Below are positions 1 through 12,100 of a DNA stretch of 64,000 bases, in pieces (position 1 is the first letter of the stretch; every line of letters starts with the position of its first letter). The translations under genes were made by a program, and so were the position numbers. The stretch is from NCBI GenBank assembly GCA_964057225.1, contig OZ059898.1:1-64000 (forward strand). The letters are read 5' to 3'. The stretch comes from Auanema rhodensis (taxonomy: Eukaryota; Animalia; Nematoda). The notes under the pieces are model-generated. The model was not told the DNA's origin and ran no database searches. It saw only the letters and a list, made by a program, of their open reading frames with translations.

Positions 1-176
1 ACATGGGGAATCTAATTTTGAAAACCGAATCTCTTTATCTTTCACGTGAAGCGAGTTACATACCAAGTGCACATCACGTGTACATTTAATTAGCATAAAT
101 TAAAGTTCACGTAAATTTCAAAGTCATGGTTACCATGCACCAATATCAATAAAAATTTGTTTTTAGACTAATATGG
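1..176 (+). repeat. Representative satellite monomer (arbitrary phase; monomer positions quoted elsewhere refer to this frame)
   Basis: First full unit. It differs from consensus by C28A (CCGAATC) and carries the CAC state at 138-140. The consensus has 56/176 G+C by hand count. Confidence 0.98.
41..50. other. Perfect 10-bp palindrome TTCACGTGAA containing a CACGTG E-box/G-box core (present in nearly every monomer)
   Basis: The sequence is self-reverse-complementary. A second CACGTG lies at 75-80 and a degenerate copy TTCACGTAAA at 106-115. Confidence 0.9.
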
Positions 177-299
177 ACATGGGGAATCTAATTTTGAAAA
201 CCGCATCTCTTTATCTTTCACGTGAAGCGAGTTACATACCAAGTGCACATCACGTGTACATTTAATTAGCATAAATTAAAGTTCACGTAAATTTCAAAG

Positions 300-314
300 T
301 CATGGTTACCATGA
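300..314. other. 15-bp interrupted palindrome TCATGGT-T-ACCATGA (monomer positions 124-138; shown for monomer 2)
   Basis: TCATGGT is the reverse complement of ACCATGA, with a 1-bp centre (BstEII site GGTNACC). The arms shrink to 6 bp in CAC-type monomers. Confidence 0.9.
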
Positions 315-1584
315 ACCAATATCAATAAAAATTTGTTTTTAGACTAATATGGACATGGGGAATCTAATTTTGAAAACCGCATCTCTTCATCTTTCACGTG
401 AAGCGAGTTACATACCAAGTGCACATCACGTGTACATTTAATTAGCATAAATTAAAGTTCACGTAAATTTCAAAGTCATGGTTACCATGCACCAATATCA
501 ATAAAAATTTGTTTTTAGACTAATATGGACATGGGGAATCTAATTTTGAAAACCGCATCTCTTTATCTTTCACGTGAAGCGAGTTACATACCAAGTGCAC
601 ATCACGTGTACATTTAATTAGCATAAATTAAAGTTCACGTAAAATTCAAAGTCATGGTTACCATGAACCAATATCAATAAAAATTTGTTTTTAGACTAAT
701 ATGGACATGGGGAATCTAATTTTGAAAACCGCATCTCTTTATCTTTCACGTGAAGCGAGTTACATACCAAGTGCACATCACGTGTACATTTAATTAGCAT
801 AAATTAAAGTTCACGTAAAATTCAAAGTCATGGTTACCATGAACCAATATCAATAAAAATTTGTTTTTAGACTAATATGGACATGGGGAATCTAATTTTG
901 AAAACCGCATCTCTTTATCTTTCACGTGAAGCGAGCTACATACCAAGTGCACATCACGTGTACATTTAATTAGCATAAATTAAAGTTCACGTAAATTTCA
1001 AAGTCATGGTTACCATGAAGCAATATCAATAAAAATTTGTTTTTAGACTAATATGGACATGGGGAATCTAATTTTGAAAACCGCATCTCTTTATCTTTCA
1101 CGTGAAGCGAGTTACATACCAAGTGCACATCACGTGTACATTTAATTAGCATAAATTAAAGTTCACGTAAATTTCAAAGTCATGGTTACCATGAACCAAT
1201 ATCAATAAAAATTAGTTTTTAGACTAATATGGACATGGGGAATCTAATTTTGAAAACCGCATTTCTTTATCTTTCACGTGAAGCGAGTTACATACCAAGT
1301 GCACATCACGTGTACATTTAATTAGCATAAATTAAAGTTCACGTAAATTTCAAAGTCATGGTTACCATGAAGCAATATCAATAAAAATTTGTTTTTAGAC
1401 TAATATGGACATGAGGAATCTAATTTAGAAAACCGCATCTCTTTATCTTTCACGTGAAGCGAGTTACATACCAAGTGCACATCACGTGTACATTTAATTA
1501 GCATAAATTAAAGTTCACGTAAATTTCAAAGTCATGGTTACCATGAACCAATATCAATAAAAATTAGTTTTTAGACTAATATGG

Positions 1585-3168
1585 ACATGGGGAATCTAAT
1601 TTTGAAAACCGCATTTCTTTATCTTTTACGTGAAGCGAGTTACATACCAAGTGCACATCACGTGTACATTTAATTAGCATAAATTAAAGTTCACGTAAAA
1701 TTCAAAGTCATGGTTACCATGAACCAATATCAATAAAAATTTGTTTTTAGACTAATATGGACATGGGGAATCTAATTTTGAAAACCGCATCTCTTTATCT
1801 TTCACGTGAAGCGAGTTACATACCAAGTGCACATCACGTGTACATTTAATTAGCATAAATTAAAGTTCACGTAAATTTCAAAGTCATGGTTACCATGAAG
1901 CAATATCAATAAAAATTTGTTTTTAGACTAATATGGACATGGGGAATCTAATTTTGAAAACCGCATCTCTTTATCTTTCACGTGAAGCGAGTTACATACC
2001 AAGTGCACATCACGTGTACATTTAATTAGCATTAATTAAAGTTCACGTAAATTTCAAAGTCATGGTTACCATGAACCAATATCAATAAAAATTTGTTTTT
2101 AGACTAATATGGACATGGGGAATCTAATTTTGAAAACCGCATCTCTTTATCTTTCACGTGAAGCGAATTACATACCAAGTGCACATCACGTGTACATTTA
2201 ATTAGCATAAATTAAAGTTCACGTAAATTTCAAAGTCATGGTTACCATGCACCAATATCAATAAAAATTTGTTTTTAGACTAATATGGACATGGGGAATC
2301 TAATTTTGAAAACCGCATCTCTTTATCTTTCACGTGAAGCGAGTTACATACCAAGTGCACATCACGTGTACATTTAATTAGCATAAATTAAAGTTCACGT
2401 AAATTTCAAAGTCATGGTTACCATGAACCAATATCAATAAAAATTTGTTTTTAGACTAATATGGACATGGAGAATCTAATTTTGAAAACCGCATTTCTTT
2501 ATCTTTTACGTGAAGCGAGTTACATACCAAGTGCACATCACGTGTACATTTAATTAGCATAAATTAAAGTTCACGTAAAATTCAAAGTCATGGTTACCAT
2601 GAACCAATATCAATAAAAATTTGTTTTTAGACTAATATGGACATGGGGAATCTAATTTTGAAAACCGCATCTCTTTATCTTTCACGTGAAGCGAGTTACA
2701 TACCAAGTGCACATCACGTGTACATTTAATTAGCATAAATTAAAGTTCACGTAAATTTCAAAGTCATGGTTACCATGAAGCAATATCAATAAAAATTTGT
2801 TTTTAGACTAATATGGACATGGGGAATCTAATTTTGAAAACCGCATCTCTTTATCTTTCACGTGAAGCGAGTTACATACCAAGTGCACATCACGTGTACA
2901 TTTAATTAGCATTAATTAAAGTTCACGTAAATTTCAAAGTCATGGTTACCATGAACCAATATCAATAAAAATTTGTTTTTAGACTAATATGGACATGGGG
3001 AATCTAATTTTGAAAACCGCATCTCTTTATCTTTCACGTGAAGCGAATTACATACCAAGTGCACATCACGTGTACATTTAATTAGCATAAATTAAAGTTC
3101 ACGTAAATTTCAAAGTCATGGTTACCATGCACCAATATCAATAAAAATTTGTATTTAGACTAATATGG
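1585..3168. repeat. Local 5-monomer (880 bp) tandem block duplication
   Basis: Rare variants recur 880 bp apart: TTTTACGTG (about 1627/2507), GCATTAATT (2033/2913) and GCGAATTAC (2167/3047). Confidence 0.85.
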
Positions 3169-6100
3169 ACATGGGGAATCTAATTTTGAAAACCGCACCT
3201 CTTTATCTTTCACGTGAAGCGAGTTACATACCAAGTGCACATCACGTGTACATTTAATTAGCATAAATTAAAGTTCACGTAAATTTCAAAGTCATGGTTA
3301 CCATGAAGCAATATCAATAAAAATTTGTTTTTAGACTAATATGGACATGGGGAATCTAATTTTGAAAACCGCATCTCTTTATCTTTCACGTGAAGCGAGT
3401 TACATACCAAGTGCACATCACGTGTACATTTAATTAGCATAAATTAAAGTTCACGTAAATTTCAAAGTCATGGTTACCATGCACCAATATCAATAAAAAT
3501 TTGTTTTTAGACTAATATGGACATGGGGAATCTAATTTTGAAAACCGCATCTCTTTATCTTTCACGTGAAGCGAGTTACATACCAAGTGCACATCACGTG
3601 TACATTTAATTAGCATAAATTAAAGTTCACGTAAATTTCAAAGTCATGGTTACCATGAAGCAATATCAATAAAAATTTGTTTTTAGACTAATATGGACAT
3701 GGGGAATCTAATTTTGAAAACCGCATCTCTTTATCTTTCACGTGAAGCGAGTTACATACCAAGTGCACATCACGTGTACATTTACATAGCATAAATTAAA
3801 GTTCACGTAAATTTCAAAGTCATGGTTACCATGAAGCAATATCAATAAAAATTTGTTTTTAGACTAATATGGACAGGGGGAATCTAATTTTGAAAACCGC
3901 ATCTCTTTATCTTTCACGTGAAGCGAGTTACATACCAAGTGCACATCACGTGTACATTTAATTAGCATAAATTAAAGTTCACGTAAATTTCAAAGTCATG
4001 GTTACCATGAAGCAATATCAATAAAAATTTGTTTTTAGACTAATATGGACATGGGGAATCTAATTTTGAAAACCGCATCTCTTTATCTTTCACGTGAAGC
4101 GAGTTACATACCAAGTGCACATCACGTGTACATTTAATTAGCATAAATTAAAGTTCACGTAAATTTCAAAGTCATGGTTACCATGAACCAATATTAATAA
4201 AAATTTGTTTTTAGACTAATATGGACATGGGGAATCTAATTTTGAAAACCGCATTTCTTTATCTTTCACGTGAAGCGAGTTACATACCAAGTGCACATCA
4301 CGTGTACATTTAATTAGCATAAATTAAAGTTCACGTAAAATTCAAAGTCATGGTTACCATGAACCAATATCAATAAAAATTTGTTTTTAGACTAATATGG
4401 ACATGGGGAATCTAATTTTGAAAACCGCATCTCTTTATCTTTCACGTGAAGCGAGTTACATACCAAGTGCACATCACGTGTACATTTAATTAGCATAAAT
4501 TAAAGTTCACGTAAGTTTCAAAGTCATGGTTACCATGAAGCAATATCAATAAAAATTTGTTTTTAGACTAATATGGACATGGGGAATCTAATTTTGAAAA
4601 CCGCATCTCTTTATCTTTCACGTGAAGCGAGTTACATACCAAGTGCACATCACGTGTACATTTAATTAGCATAAATTAAAGTTCACGTAAATTTCAAAGT
4701 CATGGTTACCATGAACCAATATCAATAAAAATTTGTTTTTAGACTAATATGGACATGGGGAATCTAATTTTGAAAACCGCATTTCTTTATCTTTCACGTG
4801 AAGCGAGTTACATACCAAGTGCACATCACGTGTACATTTAATTAGCATAAATTAAAGTTCACGTAAAATTCAAAGTCATGGTTACCATAAACCAATATCA
4901 ATAAAAATTTGTTTTTAGACTAATATGGACATGGGGAATCTAATTTTGAAAACCGCATCTCTTTATCTTTCACGTGAAGCGAGTTACATACCAAGTGCAC
5001 ATCACGTGTACATTTAATTAGCATAAATTAATGTTCACGTAAATTTCAAAGTCATGGTTACCATGAAGCAATATCAATAAAAATTTGTTTTTAGACTAAT
5101 ATGGACATGGGGAATCTAATTTTGAAAACCGCATCTCTTTATCTTTCACGTGAAGCGAGTTACATACCAAGTGCACATCACGTGTACATTTAATTAGCAT
5201 TAATTAAAGTTCACGTAAATTTCAAAGTCATGGTTACCATGAACCAATATCAATAAAAATTTGTTTTTAGACTAATATGGACATGGGGAATCTAATTTTG
5301 AAAACCGCATCTCTTTATCTTTCACGTGAAGCGAGTTACATACCAAGTGCACATCACGTGTACATTTAATTAGCATAAATTAAAGTTCACGTAAATTTCA
5401 AAGTCATGGTTACCATGCACCAATATCAATAAAAATTTGTTTTTAGACTAATATGGACATGGGGAATCTAATTTTGAAAACCGCATCTCTTTATCTTTCA
5501 CGTGAAGCGAGTTACATACCAAGTGCACATCACGTGTACATTTAATTAGCATAAATTAAAGTTCACGTAAATTTCAAAGTCATGGTTACCATGAAGCAAT
5601 ATCAATAAAAATTTGTTTTTAGACTAATATGGACATGGGGAATCTAATTTTGAAAACCGCATCTCTTTATCTTTCACGTGAAGCGAGTTACATACCAAGT
5701 GCACATCACGTGTACATTTAATTAGCATAAATTAAAGTTCACGTAAATTTCAAAGTCATGGTTACCATGAAGCAATATCAATAAAAATTTGTTTTTAGAC
5801 TAATATGGACATGGGGAATCTAATTTTGAAAACCGCATCTCTTTATCTTTCACGTGAAGCGAGTTACATACCAAGTGCACATCACGTGTACATTTAATTA
5901 GCATAAATTAAAGTTCACGTAAATTTCAAAGTCATGGTTACCATGAACCAATATCAATAAAAATTTGTTTTTAGACTAATATGGACATGGGGAATCTAAT
6001 TTTGAAAACCGCATCTCTTTATCTTTCACGTGAAGCGAGTTACATACCAAGTGCACATCACGTGTACATTTAATTAGCATAAATTAAAGTTCACGTAAAA

Positions 6101-9100
6101 TTCAAAGTCATGGTTACCATGAACCAATATCAATAAAAATTTGTTTTTAGACTAATATGGACATGGGGAATCTAATTTTGAAAACCGCATCTCTTTATCT
6201 TTCACGTGAAGCGAGTTACATACCAAGTGCACATCACGTGTACATTTAATTAGCATAAATTAAAGTTCACGTAAATTTCAAAGTCATGGTTACCATGAAG
6301 CAATATCAATAAAAATTTGTTTTTAGACTAATATGGATATGGGGAATCTAATTTTGAAAACCGCATTTCTTTATCTTTCACGTGAAGCGAGTTACATACC
6401 AAGTGCACATCACGTGTACATTTAATTAGCATAAATTAAAGTTCACGTAAAATTCAAAGTCATGGTTACCATGAACCAATATCAATAAAAATTTGTTTTT
6501 AGACTAATATGGACATGGGGAATCTAATTTTGAAAACCGCATCTCTTTATCTTTCACGTGAAGCGAGTTACATACCAAGTGCACATCACGTGTACATTTA
6601 ATTAGCATAAATTAAAGTTCACGTAAATTTCAAAGTCATGGTTACCATGAAGCAATATCAATAAAAATTTGTTTTTAGACTAATATGGACATGGGGAATC
6701 TAATTTTGAAAACCGCATCTCTTTATCTTTCACGTGAAGCGAGTTACATACCAAGTGCACATCACGTGTACATTTAATTAGCATAAATTAAAGTTCACGT
6801 AAATTTCAAAGTCATGGTTACCATGAACCAATATCAATAAAAATTTGTTTTTAGACTAATATGGACATGGGGAATCTAATTTTGAAAACCGCATTTCTTT
6901 ATCTTTCACGTGAAGCGAGTTACATACCAAGTGCACATCACGTGTACATTTAATTAGCATTAATTTAAGTTCACGTAAATTTCAAAGTCATGGTTACCAT
7001 GAACCAATATCAATAAAAATTTGTTTTTAGACTAATATGGACATGGGGAATCTAATTTTGAAAACCGCATCTCTTTATCTTTCACGTGAAGCGAGTTACA
7101 TACCAAGTGCACATCACGTGTACATTTAATTAGCATAAATTAAAGTTCACGTAAAATTCAAAGTCATGGTTACCATGAACCAATATCAATAAAAATTTGT
7201 TTTTAGACTAATATGGACATGGGGAATCTAATTTTGAAAACCGCATCTCTTTATCTTTCACGTGAAGCGAGTTACATACCAAGTGCACATCACGTGTACA
7301 TTTAATTAGCATAAATTAAAGTTCACGTAAATTTCAAAGTCATGGTTACCATGAAGCAATATCAATAAAAATTTGTTTTTAGACTAATATGGATATGGGG
7401 AATCTAATTTTATAAACCGCATTTCTTTATCTTTCACGTGAAGCGAGTTACATACCAAGTGCACATCACGTGTACATTTAATTAGCATAAATTAAAGTTC
7501 ACGTAAAATTCAAAGTCATGGTTACCATGAACCAATATCAATAAAAATTTGTTTTTAGACTAATATGGACATGGGGAATCTAATTTTGAAAACCGCATCT
7601 CTTTATCTTTCACGTGAAGCGAGTTACATACCAAGTGCACATCACGTGTACATTTAATTAGCATAAATTAAAGTTCACGTAAATTTCAAAGTCATGGTTA
7701 CCATGAACCAATATCAATAAAAATTTGTTTTTAGACTAATATGGACATGGGGAATCTAATTTTGAAAACCGCATCTCTTTATCTTTCACGTGAAGCGAGT
7801 TACATACCAAGTGCACATCACGTGTACATTTAATTAGCATAAATTAAAGTTCACGTAAAATTCAAAGTCATGGTTACCATGAACCAATATCAATAAAAAT
7901 TTGTTTTTAGACTAATATGGACATGGGGAATCTAATTTTGAAAACCGCATCTCTTTATCTTTCACGTGAAGCGAGTTACATACCAAGTGCACATCACGTG
8001 TACATTTAATTAGCATAAATTAAAGTTCACGTAAATTTCAAAGTCATGGTTACCATGAAGCAATATCAATAAAAATTTGTTTTTAGACTAATATGGATAT
8101 GGGGAATCTAATTTTGAAAACCGCATTTCTTTATCTTTCACGTGAAGCGAGTTACATACCAAGTGCACATCACGTGTACATTTAATTAGCATAAATTAAA
8201 GTTCACGTAAAATTCAAAGTCATGGTTACCATGAACCAATATCAATAAAAATTTGTTTTTAGACTAATATGGACATGGGGAATCTAATTTTGAAAACCGC
8301 ATCTCTTTATCTTTCACGTGAAGCGAGTTACATACCAAGTGCACATCACGTGTACATTTAATTAGCATAAATTAAAGTTCACGTAAATTTCAAAGTCATG
8401 GTTACCATGAAGCAATATCAATAAAAATTTGTTTTTAGACTAATATGGACATGGGGAATCTAATTTTGAAAACCGCATCTCTTTATCTTTCACGTGAAGC
8501 GAGTTACATACCAAGTGCACATCACGTGTACATTTAATTAGCATAAATTAAAGTTCACGTAAATTTCAAAGTCATGGTTACCATGAACCAATATCAATAA
8601 AAATTTGTTTTTAGACTAATATGGACATGGGGAATCTAATTTTGAAAACCGCATTTCTTTATCTTTCACGTGAAGCGAGTTACATACCAAGTGCACATCA
8701 CGTGTACATTTAATTAGCATAAATTAAAGTTCACGTAAAATTCAAAGTCATGGTTACCATGAACCAATATCAATAAAAATTTGTTTTTAGACTAATATGG
8801 ACATGGGGAATCTAATTTTGAAAACCGCATCTCTTTATCTTTCACGTGAAGCGAGTTACATACCAAGTGCACATCACGTGTACATTTAATTAGCATAAAT
8901 TAAAGTTCACGTAAATTTCAAAGTCATGGTTACCATGAAGCAATATCAATAAAAATTTGTTTTTAGACTAATATGGACATGGGGAATCTAATTTTGAAAA
9001 CCGCATCTCTTTATCTTTCACGTGAAGCGAGTTACATACCAAGTGCACATCACGTGTACATTTAATTAGCATTAATTAAAGTTCACGTAAATTTCAAAGT

Positions 9101-12100
9101 CATGGTTACCATGAAGCAATATCAATAAAAATTTGTTTTTAGACTAATATGGACATGGGGAATCTAATTTCGAAAACCGCATCTCTTTATCTTTCACGTG
9201 AAGCGAGTTACATACCAAGTGCACATCACGTGTACATTTAATTAGCATAAATTAAAGTTCACGTAAATTTCAAAGTCATGGTTACCATGAACCAATATCA
9301 ATAAAAATTTGTTTTTAGACTAATATGGACATGGGGAATCTAATTTTGAAAACCGCATCTCTTTATCTTTCACGTGAAGCGAGTTACATACCAAGTGCAC
9401 ATCACGTGTACATTTAATTAGCATTAATTAAAGTTCACGTAAATTTCAAAGTCATGGTTACCATGAAGCAATATCAATAAAAATTTGTTTTTAGACTAAT
9501 ATGGACATGGGGAATCTAATTTTGAAAACCGCATCTCTTTATCTTTCACGTGAAGCGAGTTACATACCAAGTGCACATCACGTGTACATTTAATTAGCAT
9601 TAATTAAAGTTCACGTAAATTTCAAAGTCATGGTTACCATGAACCAATATCAATAAAAATTTGTTTTTAGACTAATATGGACATGGGGAATCTAATTTTG
9701 AAAACCGCATCTCTTTATCTTTCACGTGAAGCGAGTTACATACCAAGTGCACATCACGTGTACATTTAATTAGCATAAATTAAAGTTCACGTAAATTTCA
9801 AAGTCATGGTTACCATGAAGCAATATCAATAAAAATTTGTTTTTAGACTAATATGGACATGGGGAATCTAATTTTGAAAACCGCATCTCTTTATCTTTCA
9901 CGTGAAGCGAGTTACATACCAAGTGCACATCACGTGTACATTTAATTAGCATAAATTAAAGTTCACGTAAATTTCAAAGTCATGGTTACCATGAAGCAAT
10001 ATCAATAAAAATTTGTTTTTAGACTAATATGGACATGGGGAATCTAATTTTGAAAACCGCATCTCTTTATCTTTCACGTGAAGCGAGTTACATACCAAGT
10101 GCACATCACGTGTACATTTAATTAGCATAAATTAAAGTTCACGTAAATTTCAAAGTCATGGTTACCATGAACCAATATCAATAAAAATTTGTTTTTAGAC
10201 TAATATGGACATGGGGAATCTAATTTTGAAAACCGCATCTCTTTATCTTTCACGTGAAGCGAGTTACATACCAAGTGCACATCACGTGTACATTTAATTA
10301 GCATAAATTAAAGTTCACGTAAATTTCAAAGTCATGGTTACCATGAACCAATATCAATAAAAATTTGTTTTTAGACTAATATGGACATGGGGAATCTAAT
10401 TTTGAAAACCGCATTTCTTTATCTTTCACGTGAAGCGAGTTACATACCAAGTGCACATCACGTGTACATTTAATTAGCATAAATTAAAGTTCACGTAAAA
10501 TTCAAAGTCATGGTTACCATGAACCAATATCAATAAAAATTTGTTTTTAGACTAATATGGACATGGGGAATCTAATTTTGAAAACCGCATCTCTTTATCT
10601 TTCACGTGAAGCGAGTTACATACCAAGTGCACATCACGTGTACATTTAATTAGCATAAATTAAAGTTCACGTAAATTTCAAAGTCATGGTTACCATGAAG
10701 CAATATCAATAAAAATTTGTTTTTAGACTAATATGGACATGGGGAATCTAATTTTGAAAACCGCATCTCTTTATCTTTCACGTGAAGCGAGTTACATACC
10801 AAGTGCACATCACGTGTACATTTGATTAGCATAAATTAAAGTTCACGTAAAATTCAAAGTCATGGTTACCATGAACCAATATCAATAAAAATTTGTTTTT
10901 AGACTAATATGGACATGGGGAATCTAATTTTGAAAACCGCATCTCTTTATCTTTCACGTGAAGCGAGTTACATACCAAGTGCACATCACGTGTACATTTA
11001 ATTAGCATAAATTAAAGTTCACGTAAATTTCAAAGTCATGGTTACCATGAAGCAATATCAATAAAAATTTGTTTTTAGACTAATATGGACATGGGGAATC
11101 TAATTTTGAAAACCGCATCTCTTTATCTTTCACGTGAAGCGAGTTACATACCAAGTGCACATCACGTGTACATTTAATTAGCATTAATTAAAGTTCACGT
11201 AAATTTCAAAGTCATGGTTACCATGAACCAATATCAATAAAAACTTGTTTTTAGACTAATATGGACATGGGGAATCTATTTTTGAAAACCGCATCTCTTT
11301 ATCTTTCACGTGAAGCGAGTTACATACCAAGTGCACATCACGTGTACATTTAATTAGCATAAATTAAAGTTCACGTAAATTTCAAAGTCATGGTTACCAT
11401 GCACCAATATCAATAAAAATTTGTTTTTAGACTAATATGGACATGGGGAATCTAATTTTGAAAACCGCATCTCTTTATCTTTCACGTGAAGCGAGTTACA
11501 TACCAAGTGCACATCACGTGTACATTTAATTAGCATAAATTAAAGTTCACGTAAATTTCAAAGTCATGGTTACCATGAACCAATATCAATAAAAATTCGT
11601 TTTTAGACTAATATGGACATGGGGAATCTAATTTTGAAAACCGCATCTCTTTATCTTTCACGTGAAGCGAGTTACATACCAAGTGCACATCACGTGTACA
11701 TTTAATTAGCATAAATTAAAGTTCACGTAAATTTCAAAGTCATGGTTACCATGCACCAATATCAATAAAAATTTGTTTTTAGACTAATATGGACATGGGG
11801 AATCTAATTTTGAAAACCGCATCTCTTTATCTTTCACGTGAAGCGAGTTACATACCAAGTGCACATCACGTGTACATTTAATTAGCATAAATTAAAGTTC
11901 ACGTAAATTTCAAAGTCATGGTTACCATGAACCAATATCAATAAAAATTTGTTTTTAGACTAATATGGACATGGGGAATCTAATTTTGAAAACCGCATCT
12001 ATTCATCTTTCACGTGAAGCGAGTTACATACCAAGTGCACATCACGTGTACATTTAATTAGCATAAATTAAAGTTCACGTAAATTTCAAAGTCATGGTTA

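Noticed and set aside
5-8. G-quadruplex or telomere-like motif
   Set aside because: There is only one G4 run per 176 bp and no telomeric repeat units.
148-153. AATAAA polyadenylation signal
   Set aside because: Expected by chance in AT-rich DNA, with no transcription unit context.
1-176. Tandem 5S rRNA, tRNA, snRNA or spliced-leader gene unit
   Set aside because: I see no recognisable 5S, cloverleaf, Pol III A/B/C box or snRNA sequence. An Rfam/Infernal scan would be the formal test.
1-176. Identity with Brassica CentBr (176 bp), Arabidopsis CEN178 or primate alpha satellite
   Set aside because: Only the length is similar. There is no HindIII site and no similarity to those consensus sequences as I recall them; not database-checked.
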